In this document: positions 1-13,042 of the stretch, in pieces | How the letters are laid out: each line of letters starts with the position of its first letter | Numbering within the stretch: position 1 is the first letter of the stretch | Assembly: GCA_002633005.1 (NCBI GenBank) | Contig: NMRA01000133.1 | Coordinates: forward strand, 676,627 to 740,626 | Direction of reading: 5' to 3' | From: Phoronis australis | Lineage: Eukaryota; Animalia; Phoronida | DNA length: 64,000 bases | Translations under genes and position numbers: made by a program | Notes under the pieces: generated by a model | Database searches by the model: none | The model's input: only the letters and a program-made list of their open reading frames with translations | What the model was told of the DNA's origin: nothing

Positions 1-1099
1 TACATTAATGTCAGTGACGGAAAACTGGTTTATACAACTAAATATATAATATAAATTTGTTCAAAGGCCTGTGGCCTTTTGAAACCTAAACTGATCATTT
101 TACTGCGGCACCCCTGGTGTATAAATGCAGAGACGTGTGCTCCAGAGATAACAAAGCATTTACAACACGCATCTCGGTCTCTTTCTTTGTTTTATTACCA
201 AAATAGAAATTATATGATTTAAGACTAGGGTTTCTTTGGTATCTATACACTATACAACTATTCAGGACTACAATTCTCCCTTCAAATTTTTAGTAACGTA
301 CATTGTCTGAGGTTTTCCAGCGTTTCACAACGATCTCACATTTATACACAATTCACAATATCTGTGTTCCCTCAGAGCAGTTGACTCCTAGTTCCCCCTT
401 TTACCATGATAATGCGCTATTCTGTAGGGTTTGATTTTAACCACTTCTAAATAATGAGCAAAAATTAAGCCATTTCTTCACCACTTTGTAAAGGGAGAGG
501 TTTGAATAGTCGTCACCGATATCGCATATGTCATTCTGGGCTTAGTTAAACGGTCTTTCTTTAAGATCTTTGACAAATTTTGCCTGATTTGTGACTAGTT
601 GGCTTGTCCACTCCTCCCGATAATTCGTTTCTTTTTCTAAAAGCATTTTCACTTTCAAACCTTAGCTGTCTATTCCTCCTTCTTCTAGCTCATATTGTTT
701 ATCGAACACTTTTGATATAGGCCATGCCTATTTGGATCAGCTTGAGCGAGTATTTAACAATATTTTCCTATCTTACATATCTTAAACTGACTGTCAAACT
801 GTGCTTGTACTACAGTGCCCGCCACTTATATGGCATATACCTGCGTAATATATTTTTCAAAGGTTTTTGGTATTTTATCTCGATCAACTTTTAGAGCTTT
901 TTGTCACAGAAATAACATAGAAATCAGCTCTATTTTTTGACTAAGGGACCATCTGAGCCCAATTTCATATTGGGAAATGATTTACATAAACGTTAGCGAC
1001 GGCAGCACGGGTTTATATTCGCTTTAAGTATACTATTAAAACCAGTACATTTGAAGTTATGATGTTATTGATATTATTTATTCCGTTTTTTCATTCAAG

Positions 1100-2208
1100 G
1101 GCTTGGAGAGTATGCCGCAATCCCAGGAACCTTCTTGTGTGGATCGCGTTGGGAGAATCATCTACCGTACGCCATAATCATGCTGATCACGTGCTTTCTA
1201 GTCCCGGTAATAGTGATGACGTATTGTTACGCATCTATTATTCGTGTTGCGAGGCAGCACGTGCGTCGGATTTCGGATATCCACATGGCGATGCTAAAAA
1301 GATACCGCGGACTGAGTAAGAGTAGCACTGACTCCCGTTCTCAGCCTTCTCAAGATCTTGTTGTTGGGAAAAGCACCAATAAAGCATTAGTTCCGGGTGA
1401 GGATAATAACAACAACAATAATAATAACAACAATAATGAGTCTCAAACAGAAATGTCGACCTTCAAGAAGGAGATTAAAGCGACCATTCGTTTATTGGGC
1501 CCAGTTATGATAGTTATTTTGTGCTGGGTTCCATATCTGACAGTGCGTTTTGTAACTGCCATGGCAGGTCCACAGTACATGCCTGAGTCGGCTTTCGTGG
1601 CCACAACATGGCTGGCGTATTGCAATTCCACTTTGAACCCCTTGTTGTACGCGGCAAGCAACAGACGCTTCCGGTTGGCAGTCGGGAGTCTGCTGCGTAT
1701 AAAAGCAGAACCTTTGCTGAGAAAGAACGCCGTTGGTCGCAGGACTCACCCAATGGAAAGGCGAGTGGAGACGGACATAGCAATCAGTACCGTTGCAACA
1801 GTCAACGGAGGTGTCTTGTCTGTAGACTACCTTAAAGTCCCGTGGTGTAGCAACGACCCTTCTACATCCGGTGCTTCTCATACCATTCCAAGTTCGCAAC
1901 GACGAGATACGCAAGAGACATATTTGGAACAGTTTAACGTGGAGGTGAAGTGTAGAGTGTCTCCACCGTTAGTCGAAGACAGGAACCACTTTGAAAACTT
2001 CCGGCCCAGTACGAGAAGAAACTCTCTTCCGCCAACATCACAAAATACTTTAGATCTCCAACCACCCATGAACATATTAAGAACAACTATAAGCGTAGAA
2101 AATATTTCTGACAACGCTCAGTTCTTAGGGGTGATCAATTTCCGCTGCCGAAGCCATTCTTTTCACGATTTTGCCCGTCATAAGACTGCGCACGTGTGTC
2201 GTTGTTAA
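1100..2208 (+). CDS. Terminal coding exon of a class A (rhodopsin-like) GPCR: ECL2, TM5, ICL3, TM6, TM7, helix 8 and C-tail; TM1-4 lie upstream of the window or were not found
   Basis: Acceptor ttttttcattcaag| ends at 1099 (phase 1). Translation gives xGLGEYAAIPGTFLCGSRW (ECL2 Cys), TM5 CFLVPVIVMTYCY, TM6 CWVPY (CWxP), TM7 WLAYCNSTLNPLLY (NPxxY) and NRRFR helix 8. Stop TAA at 2206-2208. No TM7 lysine, so not an opsin. Confidence 0.93.
1405..1437 (+). repeat. (AAY)11 trinucleotide repeat encoding poly-Asn in GPCR ICL3
   Basis: aat aac aac aac aat aat aat aac aac aat aat, in frame. Confidence 0.95.
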
Positions 2209-3407
2209 TAGTTGCCATTTATTGATGACGCATTTGAATTTTTAGAAGGTTCAACTTGACGCCATAAAAACGAAATTCAGGATTGCGCTGCCTGGGTCTT
2301 ATCGCAAAAGGAAAGTAGTCTAGCAACCATGCTAGTGTTGGTCGATGACATTTTAGTTCAAACGGCCTTGTTGTTTCGGCCAGCAAAATATCCAAGCCGC
2401 CTCTTACATCATTCTGAAATGACTGGGGTCGGAAACCCGACAACTTTGGCCAAAACAAGCCTCGAACGCGATAGTCTTAGTTCTTAATCAACCAAGGGGT
2501 ACAAAAGATTCCATAACAGCACCTATGAACGGCAATCCCCATCCAGCAGACTCAAAACTAAATGCACAAATACCCAGACCCGCGCTACTAAACTAACGTT
2601 TAGAAGGAGTCGGATGGAATTAAATTGTTTCCACCGCTCATCAACGCTAAATCGGGGCTCTTACGCTGCACAAATGTTTGTTCTCGTTCGGTTATGTTCA
2701 GTTTTCGAGAATGTCACTGGGAACAACTAAAGTTGTCCGTTTCCACCCGCCCACAACCCGTTTCAAAAACATGGACAAGAATGGTCCTAGTGTAACACGG
2801 CAGAATAGAGAGATTAAGGAACACGAGTGATTTTGATTTATGCTCATTTGTAATAGCAGTCCTTGAATTCATTGATCGGATCGTTTTCTAATTGTTAGTG
2901 TTGTCCCATAGTAATTGGAGTTAAAACAAAACATGGAAAATGTGAAGCGTTGTCTGTGTTGCCGACGAGATCTATCTGTGGGCTAATAAAATGATAAGGA
3001 AATAGAAGAGTCGTATTTTCCAATAATTTTTTACTAACCTGACAAATACACAATCTATTTATAATAAACATACACTGGTAACAGTCTTTCATTCAGACAT
3101 ATTGTGTAAAAAATCTGGCAAGATTCACAGTGGTCAATTTTGTGTTCGCCGAGTTCTTGTTGAAGATAACAAGGTTTTATTTTGTCACCTAGAACGCAAT
3201 GAGTTGCGTGGAATGCATCAAGTCAGATTTTCAACACCACATCTATTTTTTTTAAATAAACTAAAATAGACAGAGTTGATACAAGTAGTTTGCGATTTCG
3301 ACACCCCCCCCCCGCCGGAAAACAGTAGCAAACAGGTTCATGAGTTAAACACGCAACAAAATACGCAACAATATGTACATACACCTATGTTGCTTCTGAT
3401 GTACCTA

Positions 3408-3529
3408 CATGGGCGGCGCATCATAGGGGGCTGGGGGGGGGGGGCTATACCCCCACTTATTTCAGCACTGCTCATGGACATGGGCGGCGCACCATATAGG
3501 GCACTTATTTCAGTGCTGCGCCGCCCATG
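3408..3529. mobile_element. Short GC-rich MITE-like element, family A (CATGGGCGGCGCA...TGCGCCGCCCATG)
   Basis: 13-bp terminal inverted repeats; related copies at 33167-33205 (partial) and 55577-55718. Confidence 0.7.
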
Positions 3530-3956
3530 GTCTACTAGGTCGTTGAGCCGTTAGTCCGCGCAGACCTCGCCTACGTTATACCAGCCACTAAAGATAATCA
3601 AGTTCATCAGAAAGCACGAAAATAATATCAGTAATGGGCGAAGGAGTTCCATATTTAGTTGATCACGAAAGGGTGCATAGTTCGTAATGCTTATAAGCCT
3701 TCAAGCTAATGCAAGTACATTACAGCAGTACATTTTCATAAAATTGCACAACCGAATGCAATATATTTGCGCGTAAATCAATCGGTGGATAACATACAGG
3801 TACCGGTCACTGTTCAAGCATTAATTCTCACGTGCACGGTGGCATGCAACAGTCTCACGTAGGATTATAACAATATTTCTCAACTTTTCACTGCATTTGT
3901 AGACTTGTGCGAGCAGTGATTTAACAATCTAATGCTGGAGTTGTCTTCATTACTCA

Positions 3957-4204
3957 GGGCTTGGAATTACCAATGGAAAATTGTCCAGGTGATGTATGGT
4001 CCCATAAATAAATAGTAAATAAATAGGCTTATGTGAAACAAATATCGTTTGTGTTGTAAAATTTAACTGAAATAAACGTTTTTGCATGAATAAAGTCAAA
4101 AAATGATAAGAAAAGATGAAAAAGAGGAAGCTGGAAATCAAATAAGAAGAAATCTTAAACCAAAAAGAGGGAATTTTTATGAAAGAGGAAAATTCCAAAC
4201 CCTA
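3957..4204 (+). repeat. Dispersed repeat, copy 1 (copy 2 at 11856-12067)
   Basis: Shared blocks ggcttggaat(t/g)accaatg, caggtga(t/c)gtat and atatcgtttgtg(t/a)tgtaaaatttaactgaaataaacg...catgaataaagtcaaaa. Confidence 0.8.
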
Positions 4205-4570
4205 AATTTCTAAGTTAGTTTTTAGTTTCGAGGTAGACGCTACGTTAAAATTTTCAATTTCAGGAAAATAAATAGGGACTTAGTCTTTAAGTTAGGGACG
4301 TTGCATGAAAAGGTCCCAAAATACTTTCCTTGAAATAGTCTCAAGTCATAGAGGAACCCATAATAAATAGAAACAGAACTTTTGTGAGTTAACAGAGACG
4401 CATATACGCAGATTTAGAGATCTTAGTTGGGTACCTATTTGAGACTGTTTCATGAAACCTACCACTGGTATCGATCTGCCACCGCTGGTCATTTAAAATT
4501 ACGTCATTCTAATTGAGATACATATCCAAAACTACACATACACGTCCCTACTGTACAAAGAGTCAATGTT

Positions 4571-5667
4571 TCAACAAATCATATCTTCATCGGTTACACT
4601 GTCCTTTCCGGACCAACAACCCCCAAAGCAGAGACAACAGGCGTCCTTATCATTATCTTTACTGTTGTCCCTAGACACATATTTATAATTATCCCAGTGT
4701 GATGGTTGATCGACCACAATATCATCTTCCGGTAATGGCGGCTTTGTATCCTCAACTGTGAAAACACAGGTTTCCTCCTCATTTTTGTAAGATCCCTCGG
4801 AGCGCCTTTCGTCATCTTCGCAGGAATCACGGCCACCAGAATGAGTACGTTTCTTTTCGGGAGCGCCATCACCCGGAGGTCTGGCTTCATCGTCGGTTGA
4901 CAGCTCAGGTGCAGTCGGGGTGACTACCTTTAAGTGTTCCTTTGCGGCGTCAACTGTGGGATATATGTTTGCGCCAGATTCTTCATAGCTGGGAGGCTTG
5001 ACTATAGCTCCTGCGTTTTCTCCTTCTGTGCTTGAGAGTTCTTTTGCCTCTTCACCAGTTTCTACAGAGTTGTCTCCTCGTTGCTCACTACTGAATGTCC
5101 TTTTTATTGGTAAGGTGGCTGCTATCACTACTTCTTCTTTGGACTCGTCACTGCTGGCGACTTCATCATCGGCAAGAGGGAGAGACTCGTGCGACTTCGC
5201 CTTTCCCGAGTCTTTGGACGACATGGACGAGACATTGCTACTGGTTTCTCTTTCGTCAGGTTCACTTCCAGTATCCTTGCCGCTGGGAGGCGCGGATATT
5301 TCTGCAGTGGTTTCAGTAACTTTCACTGAGGGCTCGTCATCAGAGTCTGAGTCTCGACAGTTCACATCGCTCCTGTATTTTGGTTCCTCGTCTCGAATCA
5401 GATCCCACTCTTTAGGTTTTTCGTTTGCGTCACCGAAACAAGGTGGCATGCTGCTAACGAAAGCATAATTTGGAAGAGCAAAGGCCCGAAACGCATCGAC
5501 GTGTGATCTCTGATATCGTTCATTCCACGATAAAAGTAGTCCATTTTTGCCATCCATATATTCATCCTCAAACTGTCGTCCGATTCGTTTCTGTGCCCAT
5601 GTTGATCGCAGCTCTGTCATATTAAGCGGATTGGTATCCCCGCCCAGGACAACCAATACTCGATCAC
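4571..5667 (-). CDS. Exon 2 (terminal) of an uncharacterised ~473-aa protein: end of the alpha/beta domain, acidic Ser-rich disordered region, Cys-rich C-terminus
   Basis: Minus-strand acceptor ctcctttttacag|gtgatcga (exon starts 5667, phase 1). Open for 1097 nt to TGA. ORF sequence upstream of the acceptor looks intronic. Confidence 0.85.
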
Positions 5668-8600
5668 CTGTAAAAAGGAGTGAACGACTGTACCAACGAA
5701 TTACTGGCAAATGGATGTGTAATGAAATGTGATCAGAAAGCATGTATCTGCAATCGGTGTTTGGGGGGGAGAGTCTGGCAGTAGAGGTCCGCTTATCGCC
5801 AGTTGGGGGTCCACAGTCAGCAGTCGAGGTCGACTTCAGCAACTTGAATTTCATACAAAACTGTAACAGTCATTTTCATCAGAAGTGGTAGGTTAGATGG
5901 TCAAACCGGTCAGTGAAATAACGACCCGCCTGTCCTTGAAAAAGTGGCATCCATTAAAGTTTTACCCTATTATAGGTCTTATAGGAGGGTCAAAACCTAC
6001 GGTGTTTGGAGATTCTGTAAATGTGTTAGGTCATTACCGAAGAGACCAAGAAATAATAGGTCGAGTTTTCGAATCCTGTCCCGGTTGGGGAGGAGCTTGA
6101 AGCGTTCAAGCTGACGTGCGGCAGCTGAACACTATACGCTCGGGTGTAGTGCACGGTAAACTTGTACTCACTCCTGATACCAAAGTCTGCTTCGCCCCCA
6201 ATGGTATATCACATACCAAGAGAAAAGGGGCGACTGCCTCGACTGTCACTCCTCAATTCAAGTCACCACCACCCTCAAATGCTCTTCCCCCACCCCATTG
6301 CGACCAATTTGCGCCACCCATTTAACCCAGTGGCACGCACCACTCCAAAACCACCAACCGACGCTTTGTTTCTACGAGAACGTTGACACTGCCCCCTCCC
6401 AGTCACATATTTTGAAAGAACTGACAAGTTTTTAAAAGCGGCAGTTAATTTGTTTAGCGTTCAAAATTTATCGCGTTCAATTTAGACCCCCTCAAAAACG
6501 ATGCAGGATAATTTTCAACGGGGACAAAACGCAATACCCCCGATCCTAATGGATTTGTTTTATTTTTTCAAATGCATTCGATACTATTGAGGACTACGCG
6601 GTAATAATCGCTGACGATCATTAGACGTGAATTAGGTTCAGCTTGCTGTCCTCGCGTGACCGACCGAAAAAATGTACTGACTCAAACATTTTATTTTCAA
6701 AATATGCAGATTTAAAAAAAACAATCAATATTTTTGCAATAAAATTAGAGCGCAACAACTACATTTTTCGATCCCACACCAAACGCAGACGAGTGAGTGT
6801 AGGGCTATAAAACAAAACAACCTGACAACCAGGTGCGGATGTCTTTGGTCCGGTCACAAATTCCCACCTCCTCATTTCAATGCGCCGGGGCGCATTGTTC
6901 GCCGTATGGTACTACATCCCTAATCAAAAAAACAGACCAGCGAACCATTGAATTGATTGAAAGTGAAATGGAAAATTGTGGGCCAGTACTCGTGCCTCAC
7001 AGGGCTCCCCCTGTCGTAAACCAGCTTCTTCCCTTGGTTTTCTTTTTACCCCGTCGCCAAGATGCAAGGGCGGCAATGATTTAAATCCAACAAATATTTC
7101 GAACAGTATAGGTACAGGACTTCAGCTGCCATTGTTCGGACCTTGCAGCTAGTGGGAGGTGTTCGCACACATCAACTCTCCCGCCTCTTCAGCTACGGAC
7201 ATGAAAACAAATGGACAGAAGTTGATTACTGAGAAATGGACCACTGTGAAGCAAGGTGGCGATGAGAAGACACTAAATGATCAGGTAAGTTTAAGATGCA
7301 AAGTCTCATTAAATTGTGAATAATATGCAAATGAAGAACTAATTTTCAAACAACCCCGGCGTCCTGCAGTGTACTGGAAACCATCCGAGAACCAGTTACC
7401 ATTACGACCTCGCAAAAGTCTCGTTTTGGGAGACTATTTCTAGGAAAATGAGAGAGATATTTCATCTAATCGCTACCCTAAAGAAACATGGCGCAGTTTT
7501 TATTACTTGCTTATTTCACCATCAAATAACAATTGCGTAATATTTGGAATTACTGTGGTTTTTTATATGTCCACAATTGTTTTTAAGTGTATCACTTGCG
7601 GTGTTTTCTTTAAAACCGCAATTTATTTACAAATTGTTTCTTTTTTATTGCTCTTGTACACACAGCTCTCCAGAAAGTCGCTAGGTGGCGCTTGCTACAA
7701 ATTTAAATATTCACGGCTTTAATGAGACACAGCATCTGCTTAAGATCTTCAGAAGCAGTCACAACAGATTCAAAAGCGTAAGGACCGTTGGATGAAGTCT
7801 CGTTGTGAGGCAATATAGACCTTAGGTGGCACTGAACAGTTAGGCTGCGGCCGCGGCCAATTTGCACTCCCAAAAAAAAAATTTGGGGGTAGGCCAAGTT
7901 TGGGAGCATTTTGCAGGTAGGCATTGCATGTAGGCTCAGTGAATATGGTATGTTTGTATTTGAAAACATGGTGAGAATAAAAAGGCCACTTTCTCGGCTG
8001 TAGCTGCACTCTTCTTCAGGATGGCGGCCCCGGTTGCAATATTGTGTATTGCTGGGTAGCGACTTAGAAATTGGCTGCGATTTCAGGTAGCCCTCAAACA
8101 AGCCAGAATTGCCAAAAATTTAGTCGGTTGACAGTACTTTTGGACCACATTTTCGGAATCGGTAGGAAATTTGCTTTCAGAATCTATTTTTCTTAGTCTA
8201 GCTTGGTTTTCAGTGGGAGTGAAAGGGTCAAAAATACAAGAGACAATAAAGTTTCTGTGCTCATATGTAGGGCTTTTTAAGTGAAATAACTGAAAACATG
8301 TCATTCTTTGCATCCTGTTTTCGACAGAGTGAAGAAAAGAAGACAAATCAAGTGACATGTGTTTTGCTAGGCAAAACCCAGTGAGAACTGTTCTGTGCCG
8401 CCTTATTCACGCAGTCGCCATTTTAGTAGTGAGCCTCTTTTTAAGATTAAAAAACAATGCACTTGAGACAAAAATCACGCTTTTCCTCTGTATTTAAGCG
8501 CAAAATGCATTGTTTATGAAACCTAAAAAGAGGCTCACTTTTATAATAGCGACTGTGTGAATATGGTGTATATAATTCGCTTTTGTTTTCGTTTTCAGCG

Positions 8601-10179
8601 AATTCTATTCTCCATTCGGACGAACTAGTACACATTTAAATTAATTTAGTAAGATTTTTAATTCATGTTTATTTGAACGAACGTTTCTTTTCAATTCTGA
8701 GGCTAAGTTTATCGGGTAGCCAGATCAGGTTTCGTGTACAAAAACTTACACTTCCTACTCGTAGGTGACGTAATGGAATAGAATTCAACACAGTGATGCT
8801 TACAGTGGATGAAGTGTCACGTGATATGTGCTTCACAGGCTATATTGTGAAACTCGGATGACAAAGACTTTCGTAAATTTTTTGTCGCCTGTCCCAAAAA
8901 CAAGAAAATGGGCGAAAGCAGCACACACGCAGTGAAGTAAGCGGATCATTCATGTTACAGCCTAAACAGGTCTGGCGCTCAGACAAGCTGGTTTCATTCG
9001 AGGTCGCGGTCGCGACCGTATCAACAAATACCAGTTTGTTATTAAATCGACTTGAGGCACTTAAACCCACATCTGACGGTCAAAATGGCCGCAGTTAAAA
9101 TAGATGTGTTTTTAATACGTCATATTTGGATGTGATGAATCACACAACCCCACGACGCACTTAAATCCAATGACAAAACACATCTAATGTTCGCCTGAAG
9201 TCAGATTTTGGTTTGACACAAAACAATCAAGGGAGATCAAATATCGAAAAATAAGCGCCTAAGTAAACAATTCAGACAGGCAAGGCCAGCGAAGGAAGCT
9301 TTGCGTAAAAACGTGGCACGTCCTTCATGATTGATGCTGGAACTAAGACAAGAGGAAAGGTTCCCACCGTGTGCATTGCATACATCTCAGAAACAATAGA
9401 TGATCATAAAATGACCACTACGGGGAACAATGTCAGGAAACATTAAATGAAAGCGTCTTGAGGAGAGACACTAGGCGAAATGGAATAAAAATTTAAGGTT
9501 GAGGCCGACGACCATATGAACATCAACAACGACGACCCCGACGCCTATAGCACCAAAGTACAGTAAACGATAAACCGTCAAATACGAATTAAGGTATCAG
9601 TCAATAAGAGACAGCCATCATATGAGAAAATGTCGAATAAGTCGAGAACGGTATTTCGCAGCGAGAAATCAACCACATTTTCGATAGCCCGCGAGGTGAT
9701 CCATTTACATACCAAATGTGAAGAGGTTCCGTTAAAGGGTCCTAGAACTATGGCTCCGCAAAACATAATTCGAAAAACGGTTATCATAACACCATCTTAC
9801 GTCCGATTTCGCTCAAAAACAAACATATTTTACGACAAAGCAACTTAAAGAAATTTCATTTCACCATGTATTAATCTCTAGGGGCGTGTAAAAGAAGTCA
9901 GCAAATGTTCTCCGATAGTAACGCACCTGCCACCTTTCATGATTCTTCACGCAGCTTAACCATCCATCAAGTAACTTGATAGACGTCACGACAAACGTAA
10001 CGAAACACAAATTGCCACAAAGGGACTCCGCAGTAGTCGGATTTGACGCAAAATACATATCAGTAATGTTATATTCTTCTCAATAACAACACGATACTCA
10101 TTTCATGAAGATTTACCAGGGAACTTGCAGACAGAAAAACAAACTTGCCACTTAAGGGCGCCACACCATGCAGAAAAGT

Positions 10180-10560
10180 AGCGACTGGATGGAGCAGAAT
10201 ACGTCGAATCCATTCAAAAACGGGATGGAAGCGTCGCCTCCCTATTCCCTAATTTATTTGCCAAATTTATGAAAATCTGTAAAGGAACTTCAAAGATACC
10301 GAGGAAAACGTAAACGTAAAACATAAAAATTGCCACTAGGGGTCCGAAAATACGCTAACACGAGCAAAGTTTCACGAACATCCATCAACATGCGTTGGAG
10401 ATAGCAGAGGAAGCAAGGCGGACGCATTATACCGTCATCTCCGTCCGTCCGTCCGTCCGTCCGTCCGTCCGTCCGTCCGGCGTCCATTGCTGTAGCTCCA
10501 AACCTCCTGGATGGATGTTCATGAAACTTTGCAGACATGTTCCTGGATGAGACCGCACCT
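10180..10560. mobile_element. Fragments of a non-autonomous DINE/HINE-like interspersed element with a (CCGT)n microsatellite
   Basis: ttataccgtcatctcc(gtcc)n...tgtagctccaaacctcctggatggatgttcatgaaactttgcaga; related motifs (tcatgaaatttggca) at 42890-43400 and 59805-60420. Boundaries approximate. Confidence 0.55.
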
Positions 10561-10827
10561 GATTATTGCCTGAGAAAAGAACGGTGGCGTACTGCTTACT
10601 AGTTCACCCCTGCGGTACTGATGTTTTTTTTTAACGCGAGGAGATGACCAAAATTATCAAAGTAAAGACGTTAGTGGTAGACCTCGAAACGGTATGCCGT
10701 CACGGCGTCACCGTTTTTGTTTGGGTCGTACACGAAGGATACTCAGTGGTCGGTAGCATGAGACAGTACCACAAAAGGACTCCACTATGTCGACTATGTT
10801 TTTCAGATACCTTGTATGACACCACAT

Positions 10828-11259
10828 TCAAGGTATCTAAACTACACCGTCAACGGACTCATAAACACGACTCACGGACCTGCAAACACCGTCCACTGAC
10901 TCACAAACACGGGAACGGACTCACAAAACACGATCCACGCACCCAAATACACGGGACACGGACTCATATTCACGAGGAAACACGGTTAACGGACCGCCAA
11001 ACACGGGTCACGGACAAAATGAAGATGTCAGCTGACCCAGAAAGCCGATGAGTCCGTGACCCGTGTTTGGCGGTCCGTTAACCGTGTTTCCTCGTGAATA
11101 TGAGTCCGTGTCCCGTGTATTTGGGTGCGTGGATCGTGTTTTGTGAGTCCGTTCCCGTATTTGTGAGTCAGTGGACGGTGTTTGCAGGTCCGTGAGTCGT
11201 GTTAATGCGTCCGTGCCCGTGTTTATGAGTCCGTTGACCGTGTAGTTTAGGTACCTTGA
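10828..11259. mobile_element. Foldback-like long inverted repeat (arms ~188 and ~208 bp, 36-bp spacer) built from ~21-bp subrepeats
   Basis: 10828-11015 is the near-perfect reverse complement of 11052-11259; the right arm has one extra subunit. Confidence 0.88.
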
Positions 11260-11855
11260 CATTTGTGTCAACACTGACTGGACTCTCCAAATTCTGTTTT
11301 GTATTCATTACTAAGTCATTTTAGCTTCGATACACAGCTAGATTAAATGTTGAATTATCAATATTATTGAAAACAAATGAAGCCTTTCACGCAACGTCTC
11401 TAATAAGTCTTTTTCATTGAAACTTAAAGCTCAGTTTTCCCACAAAATAAGTAAAAGAAGAGCTCATTACAAAGATAAACAATTGAAAAATATAAAATAT
11501 GTGAGCATACAAAGACACAAATGAGCAGAAGATATAGGGAACTTAGGTGAGTCTCTGTTTGTTACTGTTTCATACAACCAGAAACAGGTCATCTTTGTCC
11601 CCACACTCCGTCTGTGATTTTACAGAATATTTACAACCCCTCTTCACCACACGACTGCAGTGTTCTCCCTACCGTGGTACTGCACCATATTTCAAAAGTT
11701 CTGAGATATATTTGTACATAGTCAGCCATGTTTGAAAAGCTTTCAGCCAGGTTTAAACTCTTGAGACATTTTGAAAAGCCTGCTTTTTAATGATTGGAAT
11801 AGTGACACAAAATTTTCATACTTTTGGTGTCGATGGTGACATACTCAGCTATCAC

Positions 11856-12067
11856 GGCTTGGAATGACCAATGACAAAAAGAGGAAAATTTTCAGGTGAC
11901 GTATCTTTCCACAAATAAACAGTCTTGTGTGGTGGAAATATCGTTTGTGATGTAAAATTTAACTGAAATAAACGCTTTTTCATGAATAAAGTCAAAATAA
12001 TGATAAAGAAGAGAAGGAAATAGAAACCAAAATAGAGGAAACTCTCTTAAAAAAATTCCAACGCCTA
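11856..12067 (+). repeat. Dispersed repeat, copy 2 (copy 1 at 3957-4204)
   Basis: Direct sequence similarity to 3957-4204. Confidence 0.8.
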
Positions 12068-13042
12068 GGCTATTGAATGTAGTTTGTAACAATCTTTTTT
12101 AAACAGGAAGGACGCGAAAACCAGACGTCCAGTTGGTACCAATATGTGAATTTTTATTGAGAAGAACACCAGGCTGCAACGTTAAAACACTTTAATTGTT
12201 CACTCACATCAGCGGCCCACAAATGTTAGTTTTAAATTGAATTGAAATATGTCGCCAACCTGTTCTGAACTTTTAACACGAATTGGAAACAGGTTATGCT
12301 ACGTTACAAGAAATTTACCCTGCAGCTTTTCATTTCAAATACCTTACTCAATAATGAGGCATTGTGTGAACTCAATTTGAAGACAGACTCGCTTGACACA
12401 GGACAAACGCGACTTCATTAATATCCAGAACACGCGAGTTTAAAGGTCGCTAAACCCAGACGAATGAACTGCGTCCTTAAATTAATTATTACATCCTAAT
12501 ACATTACATCGTGCCTCAGTACAGATACCATATAGGAAACACACTCCTCAGAATAAATAACTAGTTTCAATCAGATTTTAAACTGTGTCACGAGGAAATT
12601 ATTTGTGTTGGGTCATTAATCGGCTTTGAGCCCATAAAAAGCTAGAACATTGACAAAAAAACAATCTAACAATTGAATAGCGTAAGAAAGAACTTGGTGA
12701 CCGCTAGTTTTCGGTTACTTTTCCACCAAGATGATCAGTTCAATTTAATTATCTTAGGACATTTAAGATTGAAGTTCACTGACCCCTAACTCCTCGGCCG
12801 AACGCAAGCTTGTTTGCTGCATCATAACACAATGGGACATGGGAGTCATTTTCAGTTCACGACGGATTGTACTTTTGTTTAGACTGGAACAATGTTTTGA
12901 TTAACTCGCTTGGCTTGCAGAGCAACATGCCGGTCAATAGAAGTAAAACACGACTCGGCTTATCCATAACATACCCATTCAAACCAGCGTCAAGCTGCGT
13001 TATTACCAAATAGTTAGTAACGGGACACCTAATAAATTTTAC

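Noticed and set aside
1600-1660. GPCR as an opsin
   Set aside because: The retinal-binding Lys position in TM7 is Tyr (LAYCNSTLNPLLY).
4998-5468. 156-aa plus-strand ORF
   Set aside because: Antisense shadow of the acidic/Ser-rich minus-strand exon.
5668-5854. N-terminal 62 codons of the 427-aa ORF as real coding sequence
   Set aside because: They lie upstream of a strong acceptor; the spliced product with 13367-13043 gives a more coherent domain.
10828-11259. CRISPR-like array
   Set aside because: Eukaryotic context; contiguous degenerate units without unique spacers, arranged as an inverted repeat.
10644-11274. ORFs of 135 aa (+) and 88 aa (-)
   Set aside because: By-products of the 21-bp subrepeats in the foldback arms.
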